From Patellaria atrata CBS 101060 (Eukaryota): 64,000 bases of DNA. The translations under genes were made by a program, and so were the position numbers. The notes below the pieces were generated by a model that did no database searches, was not told the DNA's origin, and was given only the letters and a program-made list of their open reading frames with translations. Each line of letters begins with the position of its first letter. Position 1 is the stretch's first letter. The stretch spans positions 569,905-633,904 of the forward strand of contig MU006097.1 in NCBI GenBank assembly GCA_010093705.1, given 5' to 3'. Positions 14,301 to 28,335 of this stretch are shown one piece after another.

Positions 14301-15039
14301 TCGGTCGAGTTTTATGGGGAGAAGCTGAAAGCTGTGCCTTATCCCGCACCGAAAATATCTCTCCCAACACCTGGGTAATCCTGTAAAGGGCAACTAGTTG
14401 TTAGTAGAAGTTTGTTCCTCTAGTTCGTAATTACTACCAGCTGACCAGCCAAAGTGTTTGGAGCATCTGCGGCTCACTCTTCGATTTACAGTCTTCCAGG
14501 AACACTTCACACGTTTCGAGGTCTTTTGATTGTCTATGAAAATTGAAGATATTATTTCTCCTTGCTACTCTCGTTCAAAGTCCTGCTGTTGAAACCATTG
14601 GGTTCTTCCTCGTTCGCGTCCACTGTACCCGTCGTGTTCGTAGGACCTCAATCCGCTCTCGACTTTCGCTATTTGCCTGTGGACTACTTTTGATAGAAGG
14701 TTACCATCGGCGTTGTGTATGATTCACAATTCCTGCAAGGTGTGCGATTGAGCCTTACTTGTTATCAGAGCTATTACTCATATGCAAACCCTCTAGTAGG
14801 CATCGTACCATATCAGTGCCTCAGTTTTACCCGGTAACCTTCCAGGTTTAATGCTACGCAGATTTAATATACGTAAGCGATCGCAGGCTGAAAACTTTCC
14901 GAGGAAGGTCTCAAGCGGTTGCGTTCCTTACGGTACCTAACGGCTTGTTCGTAATCTGAGAGTGTTGAACATACTGGGCCTTAAGCATTGGACAGTTTGT
15001 TCAATTAGGCAGGGACTGTGAGGTCGGTTCAATATCAAT

Positions 15040-18000
15040 ATGGCAGCGACTACCACCAACACCGTGGTGACCGCTACGGTTGGAAATGCAAATGGTAACC
15101 ATCAAACAAAGCTTAAGTGAGGTAATATTGTACTGACATATGAGTCTTAGGTGCTCCATCGATTGTAAAAGCTGACGGGACACACAATTCTACTGGTAAT
15201 TTCCCGCCTCCGAAAACAGACAAACCACGCCCACATGTATGCGGAACTTGTGGCAGGTCCTTCGCAAGATTGGAACATCTAAAGCGCCATGAGAGGTCCC
15301 ATACAAAAGAGAAACCGTTCGAATGTAATCAGTGTTCAAGGTGCTTTGCTAGAAGAGATTTACTCCTTAGGCATCAACAAAAGCTCCATCAAGCTGGCGC
15401 GGCGTCTACAAGACCCCGAAATGGCAGGCGTGAAAGCACAAGTGGTATGGCGACAGTTGGTGGACGTATCCGTAAGAATTCTGTGGCCGGTGGGATGGCA
15501 GGTACTCCTAACGTCCCAACATCTATGAGGCCAAGAGCGAACACGATAAGCCATATTGACGGTGCTGCTTTGAACGACCTCTTAGCAGCGCACAACTCGA
15601 CCCTTAGAGGCGGTATCCCGAACGGGCATATCCATCACCCAAATGTGAATAGCATGGCAGGATCTGGTGGATTTGATTATCGTGGAATGCCAGGTTTAGG
15701 TCATGCTGGGCATGCTGGCCTCCCAAAGATCAACACTCATCTAGGTATCGGCCTTGGAGGAGGTTTAAGAACAGCACCGATTCCCAACTTCAACGACCCT
15801 TTTGATATTGATAAGATGTTTCACTCCGGTTCTACAGTTAATCCCGCACAACTTCACTTTAGTTCCCCTTTAGGTCCACCTCAATCTCCTTTTCATCTCG
15901 GTCACTTCCATGGAATTCCTGGATTAGATGAAGATGATGGATTTGACTGGGCTGCCGGTTTAGACTCCTCCATGATGATGAATGGCAACCACGAGCATAA
16001 CTTTGATGGGTCTTCACCTTCCGCTATCAGTACAGCCAGCCAGAGCGGTTTCAGCGAAATCATGCTTGACGGTTCAAATAGTGCAGCGCAGGCCTCTAGC
16101 GGAATGTGGCAAACACCAATGCTGGTACCTTCTATGGGCGGCCCATCCCCTTTCCAGCTGGAAAATATGGGCCCAATTTTCTCGGACGGGATGCCACCCC
16201 CTAACACGATCTCGCCAACTGACCTTCATGATCAGATTACTGGAGGTGACTTCTATCTTTCCGGTCCGCAACATATGGCGGCTATGAGCGCTACGACAGG
16301 CGTACCTGCCATGCCTAGCCAATATTACAACCCACAGATGACGTTCAAACCGGATAGTCCTAGCATATCCTCATCTTCAGCAAACGGTAACAGTACGCGG
16401 AATACCTCTATGACAACGCTATCTTGCGACTCTATCACGGAGGCAACTAGACAGAACCTCCTAATGGCATTGAATCAAGCATCCTACAACCATCGTAAAT
16501 ACACTCAACCCGCCGTGAGCTCTCCGTTATCACCGGGATTCAATGCGAGATCCTCCGGCGAAAACTTCACCCTTCCCAGTACACAAGAGCTACAAAGATA
16601 TGTGAACGCATATATTCATTATTTCCATCCCCACATGCCGTTCCTCCACATACCTACCCTTTCCTTCGATTCCCCGGCGTATTCGAAAAATGTACGGTCA
16701 TCTGCAACTCACGGTGTTGTGAATGATGCTTTAGGCGGAGGCGGTTGTTTGATACTCGCGATGGCAGCTATCGGAGCTTCTTACGATTTCGACCACACTG
16801 CTGGCGAACAGTTGTTCAAGGCTGCGAAAAAGATGATTCAAATTTATCTTGATGAACGGCGGCGCGCTGATCTCTCTGCTGCAGTGAATGGAGCAAACGC
16901 TACCGATGCAGCTGCGCACAAGTCTCCGCTGTGGCTGGTGCAAGCCATGCTGCTTAATCTGATATACGGTCACCAGAGCGGTGACAAGCAGAATGCAGAA
17001 ATTGCTAACATCCACTGTGCTGCACTTGTTAGTCTAGCGAAGGCCGCAGACCTCTCGAATCCGGAATCCGAGAAGAGTGCGGACGATAACACTCCTAGTG
17101 ATGGTGATGTAAACATGGCCGAAGAGGGTTCTTCCCCAGGTACATGGAAGATGACTGCACAAAGGGAAGCTCTTGATGAACAGTCGACTTGGATAAAATG
17201 GAAGACGGAGGAAGAGCGCCGGCGAACTCTATTTGCCGTGTTTACTCTGTCTAGTCTGACAGTCATTGCATACAATCACGCACCGCGTATACTCAACTCG
17301 GAACTTCATTTGGATCTACCCTGTGACGAGGACCTTTGGGCTGCGGAGAATGCACAACAATGGTCCGCTATGGGAGGAGCCGCGGCAGCCAAACAAAAAG
17401 CAGTCTCCTTTGCTGATGCTCTGACTTTTCTTCTCACTGCCAGTCAGAGAGAGCAGAAGGATTCTCGCCTACAAGTGCCGTATCAACAACAGTTCGGGTC
17501 CAAACCACCACATGAAGACGTGTCCGAGAGTGAACTTAAGCCCAGTACCTTCGGCTGCTACATACTTATCAATGCGTTACACGTCTACATCTGGGAAACG
17601 AGGCAAAGACATCATGCCCGGCAATGGAGGGCCACAGAAACGGAAGCGATGCATGCTCAGATTGAACCTGCGCTTAAAGCATGGCAAGCTGCATGGAGGT
17701 CAAACCCTCACCACAGTCTAGAACGCCCGAATCCATACGGTCCTTTACCAGCAGATAGTATCCCGCTTTTAGATCTAGCGTACCTTCGCTTGTTCGTCAA
17801 TCTTGGCCGTTCCAAAGATGCTTTCTGGCAGAGGGATTTTGATGGCATGGCCGAGGAGCTTGCTAGGGGCACGGAGATTATACAACACGCTGACGATAGC
17901 CCTGATCCCTCGGGTGAAGGAACAGGTGCTCCGGGAACTAGTACTGCAGCACCTGGAGATACTGATGCAGGTAATATCCAGGCACTGCGTAACGGCACTA

Positions 18001-18598
18001 CCTCCTCAAAACGTGAACGACACTTACGTAAAGCGGCCTTTTACGCAGCTGATTCGCTGTGCATGTCGGATAAACTTGGAGTGACTTTTGCAGAGTTCAA
18101 TTCGAGAGAACTTCCCATTCAGTCTGCAATGTGCACGTTCGACTGTGCGCAAGTTCTAGCAGAGTGGGTGGCTACGGTGCAGGAGAGGGTCGGACGCTAT
18201 TTGGGTGTCTTGGGGAAAGATGAAATAGACTTTACTCAGGTCCCTGCTATCATGTTATTGGAAGATGAAGACTGCAAGCTCCTTGAGAAGATCCAGGATG
18301 TTCTCAATAATGCGGAGATGAAGGTGACCTTCGATATGAACAACATGGGGACATCAGCGGCAGCATCCCTCCTGAGCAGCCTCTCAAGTATGAGTCATGT
18401 CGGTTATGGCAGCAAGTTGTTGATGATGACGGCTTATATGATGGAGAAGGCTGCCGTGTGGCCTGGTAAGTGATGAACTCCATTTTTGACACAACTGTAT
18501 CTAACACTGCTTAAGTGACTCATGTCATGTCCCAAGCTCTCCAGGCTCATGCTGTACATATGACTCAACGAGCCGAAGCTTCATTGTCTGCACCTTAG
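15040..18598 (+). CDS. amdX: C2H2 zinc-finger transcription factor with fungal-specific TF domain (AmdX/Adr1/Tda9 family)
   Basis: ATG 15040; introns 15095-15150 and 18466-18515. [56 protein letters not shown] (two C2H2 fingers); [13 protein letters not shown] and EERRRTLF of the fungal TF domain. Confidence 0.9.
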
Positions 18599-19519
18599 AA
18601 ACGTGCGTCAACGCTTTAGGGACCCTTTTTCCTTGTACATACCTACACTATTAGTTCGATCTCATGTTTATCATGTCGACTCTGATGACGATGATACGGC
18701 CGTGAACGAACAAACCCGGAATGCCGATCGCGGCCAAATGCGTATGATGCGATGATATGACATTTGGATCCCCAAAACCACCTTTCGTCTCGGATATGAT
18801 CACCATTACGATGAAATTTTATCATCATCTATTGGGACGCTCTTACCTGTACATTCTACATGTACCTTCGGCTTGGAATCTTTTACTAATGTAGATGCTG
18901 GGATTCTTTTCGTACATACAAATATTCACCTAAACCGGATATCTACCGAAATCTATGTTGACGTTTGAACCGCGCAACGATTACGACTGTCAATGAGTAT
19001 GGCCGTCAATATCATTATCATGCGCATTTCTCCTACTGGGAGCTTGTAATTGTCTTTTATCCTTTTCATACCTAAGATACTACGCTATCTTGTCTACATC
19101 ATCTTATTCTTCGACAACTATCAATTATGCGAAGGTCATGCCCGTAGAGGACATTCTGTCGACCTTTTTATATGGGAACTATGAATATAGTGTCTATTTT
19201 TCTCTTATTACCCCTTGCGTACGACATTATACGATTTTCATGCGCTCAAGACCAAAATTAGCGGACTTCTGGGGTGGCGAGGCGCTTTGTGTGTGGAGTA
19301 CATATCTGGCTACTTCTGCTTACTTCGTGGTTCTTCATTCTTCCTGTTTTACTTATTCATTGGCGTTATGTCGGCTTGGGAGCAAGTAAAAATATTTGGG
19401 AGGCCGGGCTGATACGGGTTCGCATGGCACCCGCGAGCCAAAGTTGGGTTAGCCAACCTGAATTTTAGTACAGAGAGAAATAATGGCAAAGGGTGGTATG
19501 GGTGCTACAAAAACAAAAT

Positions 19520-20959
19520 TCAAGATTCGGTTTTTGGAGAACCCCTTGATCTCTGTGACTTCCAGCATGCTTGTGTGCGTGCTCGTGCCCGTGATGACCG
19601 CTCAGAGCTACCGGGGGAAAGGAGGTCTTCGATATCAGGCACACCCGATGACAGCGGCGGCGGAGCCGCTGTTTCCGCCTCTCCTTTTCGCGACCCTTCC
19701 TCCTCCGCCTCCTCAGCCTTCACTTCCACGGCCCGCTCCACAGCTCCCCCCACAGTCGCCGTAACTTCCTCCTCCACTTCAACCCGAACATCCACCTCCG
19801 GCTCCCCCTTCACCCGCACCTTCCCCCTCCCTTTTTTCTCCTTAACCTCCCTCTCTACGACCGCACTCGGACACAATCCCGCCCTCCCAACATCACACGC
19901 CCCACACCGTCTGCCAACGGGTAAACAAACAACCTGCCCGAAGCCGACCAGCAGCGCGTTAATCTCGCGCCACTTCGCCTGCGGCAGCCACGCCTCCAGC
20001 CGCCTCCGCGTCTCCTCCGGTGTCTTGGTCTCCGGCCTGTGCCAGCCCAGCCGGTTCGTGATGCGGTGCACGTGGGTGTCGACGCCGATGCCGAGGACGA
20101 TGCCATGCGCGGCCTGGAGCGTCAGATGCGCGATTTTGGGCCCGACGCCGGGGAGCGCAAGGAGGGGTTCCAGGGCTTTTGGTACGGTGGAGGCGTGGTG
20201 CGCCTTTAGGAGTGCGGCGGTCAGGAGGATGTTTTTGGCTTTGGTGGCGTGGAAGCCTACGGCGCGGATTAGGGTGTCGAGGGTTGCTTCTGGGGTCGAG
20301 AGGATGGAAGGGATGGTTAGACCGCCGGGCAGGGAGGTGTGGAGGTTGCGCATTGCGGTCGCGGTCGCGGTGTCTTTGGTTTGCGGGGAGAGCATTAGGG
20401 AGACGAGGTGCTGGAAGTGTTGATCCTGTGGGGGGGAGGTGGGGAGGGCGAGACGCTCGCATCCTAGGGTGTCGACTGGGGCGGGGGTGTGGGTGCGTTG
20501 AGTGGAGATGAGGGTGTAGACTTCTTCCCAGTGGGGAGGGGGGGAGGAGGGGGTGGCATTGGGGTTGGTGGTCTTGGAGGGTTTGGAGGGAGCGCGTCGG
20601 AGTTTCTTGGAGGTGGGGAGGGGACTCGCTTTCTTTGGAGGTGTTGCGGAGTCTGTTTCTCGTTTGCGCTTTTGAGATGTTGTGGGCTTTGAGGAGGGCT
20701 TGCGGTCTTCGTCTTCTTCTTCTTCTTTCCCGGCGATGGAGGATATAGGGGATGAGAGTTCCGAGCTTGAATCGTCGTTTTCGCTTTCCACTTCTGATTT
20801 TATTTCCGTCTCTTTCTTTGCCGTGGGACTTGATCGTCTTCTGGTTGTATGGGCGAAACTCTGCAGCGAGAGACCCTGACTTCGTCGCGTTCGACGTGGG
20901 CTTGTGGAGAGAACGTCTAGAATCTTGTTCGTATCGCGGGAGATCCTTGAAGTTCGCAT
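19520..20959 (-). CDS. nth1: Endonuclease III homolog (HhH-GPD DNA glycosylase/AP lyase)
   Basis: ATG 20959 (MRTSRISRD). APVDTLGC, LMLSPQTKD, HhH LLALPGVGPKIA, GIGVDTHVHRI and 4Fe-4S motif CLPVGRRCGAC...LCP. Confidence 0.92.
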   Translation of the reverse strand: MRTSRISRDTNKILDVLSTSPRRTRRSQGLSLQSFAHTTRRRSSPTAKKETEIKSEVESENDDSSSELSSPISSIAGKEEEEDEDRKPSSKPTTSQKRKRETDSATPPKKASPLPTSKKLRRAPSKPSKTTNPNATPSSPPPHWEEVYTLISTQRTHTPAPVDTLGCERLALPTSPPQDQHFQHLVSLMLSPQTKDTATATAMRNLHTSLPGGLTIPSILSTPEATLDTLIRAVGFHATKAKNILLTAALLKAHHASTVPKALEPLLALPGVGPKIAHLTLQAAHGIVLGIGVDTHVHRITNRLGWHRPETKTPEETRRRLEAWLPQAKWREINALLVGFGQVVCLPVGRRCGACDVGRAGLCPSAVVEREVKEKKGRGKVRVKGEPEVDVRVEVEEEVTATVGGAVERAVEVKAEEAEEEGSRKGEAETAAPPPLSSGVPDIEDLLSPGSSERSSRARARTQACWKSQRSRGSPKTES

Positions 20960-21236
20960 CGCAAGTTCACAAAGGTTACAATTGTCAAAAGAAAGTTCGA
21001 GGGTGAAACGTATTTTGAGTGTGATACAAAATTTCGAAACTGTATCGCGGAACCCCTGGGGAGGACGGAAGGTGAAATGGCTGGGCACACGCAGCACCGT
21101 TTCTCGCGTTCACATGTCCACGCGAGGACCCTTAAGCCACCTGCTCCATTCTCCGTATTCTTCATAAAGTTTGTATCCTTCACTGTTGAGGCTTGTCTTA
21201 GACTCAAACACCTCAGTATTCTCCGATGCGCGCATC

Positions 21237-23585
21237 ATGAAACCAACCGACATCCCCACCTTCGCAGCCAACCAACTCACTCTCCTCGATGCGGAGCTCA
21301 AAGCCGAACTGGAAGAGACGTCCTTACTCGTGTCTCAGTCCTCTCCCACCGCTCTTCAGCGCGCCGGAGTTGCGATTTTGAACCTTCAAGTGTCATCGCA
21401 GCGTACTGGTCTCGGGGGTAAGACAGTTATTGACCTCGAACTCGACCCTGTGGTCGGAGGAGGAGATATCCCAGAGCACGGTATCCGCACGGGAGATATT
21501 GTTTCTGTGCAGGAACAGCCGTCTGGGTCTGCGAAGAAGAAGGAGAAGAATGAGTTGGTGAAGAAGGGGGCGGATGGGGTGGTACTAAAGGTTTCTCCGG
21601 GAACGGTGGCTGTTGCGTTGGATAAGGAGGAGGTTGATGTCCCCGGAGGCAAGCTATGGCTGGTCAAATTGGCTAACGATGTCACGTACAAGAGGATGAA
21701 TCAGACTATGGTGAGGATGCAAAAGCTTACCGATTCGGAATATACACCCTTTATGAGGGTGTTGTTCGGGTTGGGCTCGCCTTCACCCCTACCCGCAGAT
21801 CTATCGAATTCAGATACAGGCGTTGGTAAGATCGAGTGGATTGATTCCTCCCTTAATGGTTCTCAGAAAGATGCTATACGATTCGCCATGGCATCTCGTG
21901 AGATTGCTTTAATCCATGGACCTCCTGGAACCGGGAAGACACATACTCTGATCGAACTCATCTTACAGATACTCCAGCGAAAACTCCGGCTACTGGTGTG
22001 TGGACCTTCGAATATCTCTGTAGACAATATCATAGAGCGTCTGGCGCCACATAAGGTTCCGATGATAAGGCTAGGTCATCCCGCACGTCTTCTTCCTTCG
22101 GTCTTGAACCATTCCCTAGATGTCTTGACACGAACATCGGACGCAGCAGCTATTGTGCAAGACATCCGCAAGGAGATGGACCAGAAACAAGCTAGCATCC
22201 GTAAAACCCGAAATGGGAGAGAACGTAGAGCAATCTACGGAGATCTGAAAGAGCTACGGAAAGAATTCAGGGAAAGGGAACGTGGATGCGTCGACAACTT
22301 GGTTCGGGAAAGTAAGGTCGTGCTGGCAACATTGCATGGTGCCGGAGGGTTTCACTTAAAGAATCAACAGTTCGATGTTATAATCATCGACGAGGCAAGT
22401 CAGGCATTGGAAGCTCAATGCTGGGTCCCTTTACTTGCAGCGAGCAAGGCTGTCCTAGCTGGAGACCATCTTCAGCTACCCCCAACCATTAAGTCAGTCA
22501 ATTCGAAATCAAAGGCTAAGGTATCTACGGAGGGCACCAAATTTGAGGATAAGAAGAGTCCTGGAATTACCTTGGAGACTACCTTATTCGACCGTTTGCT
22601 TGCATTGCACGGTGAGCAAATTAAAAGGATGCTAACTACACAGTATAGAATGCACGAAAAGATCATGGCATTTCCATCAAAGGAGTTATATGATTCCAAA
22701 TTACAGGCTGCGGATTCAGTCAAAACACGGCTACTGATTGAACTTCCATATGAGGTAAGGGAGACAGAAGATACAAAAGAACCTATAGTCTTTTATGATA
22801 CTCAAGGCGGAGAATTTCCCGAAAAGACCGAAGACGAAGAGGTAGGTAAGAAAGCAGGTAAAGGCATGAGTTTGGGGGAAAGCAAGAGCAACGAACTTGA
22901 AGCGTCATTGGTGAAGCTGCACGTCAGAAATCTAGTCGATGCGGGAGTCAAAGCAGAAGATATCGCTGTAGTGACGCCATATAATGCACAGGTAAGATCA
23001 ATGCTGCTCTTCTAGAACAGATCATGCTGTTCTAGAAAGCGAGATGATGTTTATGCTTCGTTTGTTGACCTTCCCTGTCTTCTCTTATAGCTGGCTATAC
23101 TGTCTCAGCTGCTAAAAGAGCAATTTCCGGGCATCGAATTAGGCAGCGTGGACGGTTTTCAGGGCCGTGAAAAGGAAGCTGTTATAGTCAGTCTGGTGCG
23201 GAGTAATGCAGAGCATGCAGTTGGCTTTTTGGGCGAGAAACGTCGTCTTAATGGTGAGCTGGGATTGCTTTATAGCCATACCCGCATAAGCTTTGTGAAT
23301 TATTCTAACCCTTGATTTGCAAAAGTCGCAATGACCAGACCTAAACGACACCTCTGCGTTATTGGGGATTCAGAAACAGTTGGCCGGTGAGTGGAAGTTC
23401 TACTTTCTTACTTATCACTATACCTACCTCATATTACATCTCGGAGAGCTTGCGCGCGGTTCATGCTTACTTTTAACCGCGGTCACAGCGGCAATAAGTT
23501 TCTCAAACGATGGATGGAGTTCTTGGAGGAGAATGCGGATCTCAGATATCCTGATCCGAGCGATATCTTGGAGAGAGCCCGATAG
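21237..23585 (+). CDS. hcs1: SF1 Upf1-like DNA/RNA helicase (Hcs1/IGHMBP2)
   Basis: [55 protein letters not shown]; introns 22992-23090, 23254-23325 and ~23387-23488. Confidence 0.93.
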
Positions 23586-24688
23586 TGGATGAGCTGAGAG
23601 TTGCAGGAAACCAAGAGCTCAAAAAGTCTCAATGCACTCAATCTGATATTGAGACTCGCTATTATACACTCCTCCTGGATGGGGATATGTTGTAAGACGC
23701 GACCGAAGAGCACAAAAAAGGACAAAAAGAAACGTGGGACGCTGGGACGAGGTGCATGGCCGCCCCGGTCACTCGTTTCAAGGGCGCTTATATGCTTTAG
23801 CACTGAACGGAAATATGCACATGTCGAAAATTGGGATTATGGATGATTTCGAACCATCGTCTCGACCGGTGTACAGCAGACAAACAACTCATCGGATCAG
23901 GAGGTGATATAGAAGGTGTTAGTATCGCGGTTTAGTCGCGACACGTAGATACCACGCAATATGGCCTCTTATGCGACGCACAGAACATATCATGATTATT
24001 GGCTAATACTCCGTTCCCTAAATGTAAGGGCTTTAGGATCCGATTTCAAGATACAGGTGCGAATGCTCCGTACTGGATCGTCCTTTTTAAGGCCCAGTTT
24101 CTTTCTTTCGTCACAAAAAGGCATGTTCGGCAAGGCTACTGGTGGGAAAGCAGCGCCTTTAGTCTCGATCGTCACCAGCAAAGTCTAGCAATTGATTCGG
24201 TGGATTGGACAGAGAGCAGCGCACCTGCATACAGTACAGTACGTACAGTACATGGTCCGGCAGGATATCGCGTCTCGAGCTTTTGCTGATGGGGGAATAT
24301 GCAGCTTCAAGGGGATTGCCTCGTTGGTCAAACAAAGGGCTTGCCAATAAGCTGGCTTTCCACGCCTTCTCTTACAACTTCGTCTACAGAGCTTACAAGT
24401 CTTATTACATTCATAAGAAAGCTAGTTCCAAAGTACGACACCACCTCAGATAGAGCGGAGGAGGAGGGACGGTTCTGAAACTGCCAATCACAACACCGCA
24501 GCTGTCGTATGTCTGGCAAATGCTTCTGTCCAGATCTTTTCCCGTGGGGCAACAACGCCCGTTGAGCTGGTTCACTACTGGTGAATGGCGAGTGGTCAAG
24601 CCTTCGACGATGGCGTACGAGTTGCTAAAGTTTGTTCTAACTGTTTAACTCCCCCGTGTGAGTCGTGCCCCATCTGGATTTTGAGGAA

Positions 24689-24724
24689 CTTGAGGGGCTT
24701 GAAGGGCTTGAGGGGCTTGAGGGC
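24689..24724. repeat. Short tandem repeat (CTTGAGGGG-like unit x4)
   Basis: cttgagggg cttgaaggg cttgagggg cttgagggc. Confidence 0.7.
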
Positions 24725-25722
24725 ATCGATAAGCTCTTGTGGCGCCAGCAAAGTTGGCTCCATAGTCGTCCACCCAAGACTAGGTGAGGGCCTGAAAGAC
24801 GTAGGTAGATGGAAAAGGGATCAATTGAGGGTTTGTTAGGTTTAGAGGAGGCTCTCGTAGCTGTTCTGAAACGACTATAGCTGCAAACGCACGGATTCCC
24901 CTTGGTAAGTTTGATCGCGGAACGCACTAGAGAAGTACATAGACCTCTAACCTCTTGTACCCTTACCTCCACCCCCATACCTTACCGTACTGTACCTTAT
25001 CCCTCTCATTGAACTTATTCCTTTATTACTTGTATCTCCGTCTGGGGCTCTAGGATCCAGAAGCTTGGATATCTGCAACCATTACGCCCATAAACTGCTT
25101 GACACGATGGAGCAAGGATTACGATTCATTCGTTCAATCCAAGACTGTAGCACCGGACTGCTGTCTCCCTCTCAAGGCTCAAGCTTGTCCCGGCCGTGAT
25201 CGCTCCCTTGATAACGAGAGGGATTGCACTCTTCTGTCACTCTTCTCGAGCTATTTTCAGCTCCGCTTTCCAAGTACGGTACTGTATCGTACTGTACAAA
25301 ACCAGCTGTCATCCTGATCTCCCGGCCGGCTATGACGCTTCACTCTCATACATAGCCGTGTGACATCTCTATGTAAGACTCACATCTCCCCTTCTCTTCA
25401 TCCTTCCCCCCCCCCTCCCCAACATCTCTCTCTCTCTTTACCCCTTGTACACCTCTCATATATTTACTGTACCTGCTAGACATGGATGACTACTATTAGC
25501 TGTAGGCAAACTAATTCCATGTTACCCAAATAGCTTTTGTTTGATAGATACTAATGAGTATGCTAGTTTTGAGTCACCAATATCTCCAATTATACTCATT
25601 CCCATTTTCTAGGGCGATTCCAAGGTATGGCGCTAATTGAATTTGGGATCGGCCTTCTTCCACCTGCATAGTGATATTACAACTGCGAGTACCCGATCTC
25701 CATGCTCGCCATTTCCGTTACC

Positions 25723-28108
25723 ATGGCTGGTCCACAAGAGAAAGCTGGAGCCACCAGCAATGGCGGCTTACGGCGTACAAGCACTACGGCTGCAGCCATT
25801 AGACGAGGTGATCTGAAGATTAGTTCACCTATACCAATATCGATACCTGGAAAGTCCGAGAAGCTAGCTACGCAGCCAGCAACAGCTGAGATACCTCCAC
25901 CGGTCACGGAAGGGTCGGTGGAAGGATCTAATATAACAAATGATGAGAGTGTAAGGGAAGACGTGGTGCTCAAGGCGGAGGAGATAGAGCCAGTAGAGAA
26001 CAATCAGACGCCTCATGTATTACGACACAAAAGATCCTCACTGGACATAAGAGATCTGGGGCACAAGCAGGAAAGGGCAGAAGACCCTAGCGTAAAGAAA
26101 AGACATACCACCGAACTGGCGTCTACCTTCAATACCACTCATCCGTTCGTTCCAACGACCCCAAGAAGTCAGACGAGTATGGACATGAGGAAACCCCAAA
26201 AGGTTGGATCATTGAAAGCAGTACTTCGTAAGATATTTCGTCGAAAGTCAAAATCACCGACCGCAGCTCGGCGCCAGTCCCGTGGTCATGACTATCATCG
26301 AAGTGTGAGTTCTTAGATGGGCATCTGCTCGATTTTATGGGCAATGGCTAATTCACAACCAGGATCCCGGCGTGTTAACGACAGCCCCGAAAGAAACGAT
26401 CAAGGAAGAAGAAGAAAAGGAGTCCTCACCTAACTCACGACGTATCTTGTCTTTGCCCGTAAAGGAATTGACACCCATCAATCCCCTTGGCTCTCATCTC
26501 CCCTTCCCTATGAATGTCAATGCTCCACAGCAGAAGAGTCCACCACATGAGTACCTACCATTCGATGTTAATGCCACTCCGACTATTCGCCAGCGACGTG
26601 CTACTCTTCCCAGTGTAATCCTGAATTCAGCCGATGTGGAGGCTCTAACAGCAATTTGGGGGGATTCGGGCGCTCACGTTACCGCCGTAGAAGAGCAGAG
26701 ATTATCCCAGATGGACTCTGAAAAGCCGATAGGAATAGCTGTTAGCAGCAATACCAGCTCCAAGAGGAGATCACAGAGTGCGGGCGCTCTCCGTGATCTC
26801 TCAAAGGAACACGCGATCCCCAGTCTTCAGCGCCGAAGAAGTGCGGAGATAAGATATTGGCGATCGAACGCTGCTCACCGTTCTCGAAGTGTCAGTGTGT
26901 ATAGCACTGAAATGCAGGAACGACGGGATAGTCTGAAGAGTTTGTCTCCTCACGACCCGACTGACGATTCACCGCGTGGTCGGAGTTCAGCCACCACAAC
27001 GGGGAAAGAACCGTCACCATCAATACCCATAGAAAAGGTACAGCTACAAGCATTCGATTTCGGCACACTCGACTCAGCGCCGGAACGAGAATCCGGGCAT
27101 CAAGATGAAACCTATGCTTCCCCAACATTCAGCCTCGAAGACCGCATCACAAACCTCGAAAAGCACCACTCCTCTCTCGAATCCTCCCTTCAGCGCCTCA
27201 CAGGCCGCTCCCACCGTCAAACCATCATCCTCGAAAACGCACCCAAAGGCCGCTCTCGCGAACGTCGCGACCGCAGCACTTCCTCCTCTCCCTTCCGCTC
27301 ACGTCTTCTAAACCGCTCTTCATCTCCTAGCCCAAATATTTCGGAGCAACCCCTAGGACTTGACCCGGGCCCCGAAATCTCCGCACCCGCAATTCCGCCA
27401 TCAGAAGTGCCTCACAACCTTACGTTTCTAACTTCTCCAAGCACCAGTAATACTTTACATCATTTACACCACGGCCTCGGCTTCGCCGCCTTCCCGCCCG
27501 CCTCCTCAGCCTCAGAAACCTACAGCGCGTCCCAACCGCACAGCTCACCGCCCGCTCTCAGCTCCCCCGCCTCAACCTCAAACCCTCAGACCGTCGTCCA
27601 CAGCTCGTCACCTCTACAAAATTCCTCCCCCAGCCAGCAGCAGTCGAGTTCCTCAGGCGGAAGCCCGACCCAGCAACAACTTGCCGCGCTAAGCATACTG
27701 CTTAGCCATGAAAGGGCAGCGCGCAAAGCCCTCGAGGCACAGGTCGGCCACCTGCAGACCGAGATGTACGAACTCCGCACCGAGCTCGGCCGCCTCGTCG
27801 CCGGTTTACGCGGTGCGGCCGAGAGGGCCGTCGGCGCCCACCCCCATCCACATCCCCATACGGCGGAACACGCGTATCCCACCCCGGACTCGACCCGCAT
27901 CTTGCACCCTTCCCACCACGCGGAAACGGGCTGGGAGGAGCGCGAGAAGAAGACGCTGAGCCGGTTTTCAAGGGAGACGGAGGGGAGCGGGAGCATGGAG
28001 GATGTTGGGACTGAGAGGGGCAGTGAGGGCGAGGGCGAAGTGGGGAGCCCGGAGGTCTTTGAAACGCCGAGGGAGGAGAGTGGGGGTTTCGTTTATGGGG
28101 GTGAGGGG
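25723..28108 (+). CDS. Uncharacterised Ser/Pro-rich fungal protein with C-terminal coiled coil; 3' end falls in the assembly gap
   Basis: Two long ORFs (25702-26316 and 26372 to the gap) joined by a GTGAGT..GCTAAT..CAG intron (~26304-26362); coiled-coil-like LLSHERAARKALEAQVGHLQTEMYELR. Start is 25702 or 25723. Confidence 0.7.
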
Positions 28109-28335
28109 NNNNNNNNNNNNNNNNNNNNNNNNNNNNNNNNNNNNNNNNNNNNNNNNNNNNNNNNNNNNNNNNNNNNNNNNNNNNNNNNNNNNNNNNNNNN
28201 NNNNNNNNNNNNNNNNNNNNNNNNNNNNNNNNNNNNNNNNNNNNNNNNNNNNNNNNNNNNNNNNNNNNNNNNNNNNNNNNNNNNNNNNNNNNNNNNNNNN
28301 NNNNNNNNNNNNNNNNNNNNNNNNNNNNNNNNNNN
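28109..28335. other. Assembly gap (227 N)
   Basis: Run of N, entered from a G-rich stretch. Confidence 0.99.

Noticed and set aside
19575..20511. Long ORFs antisense or out of frame to nth1 (similar ones over the HAD and mbp1 genes)
   Set aside because: Shadow ORFs caused by high GC and stop-codon scarcity.
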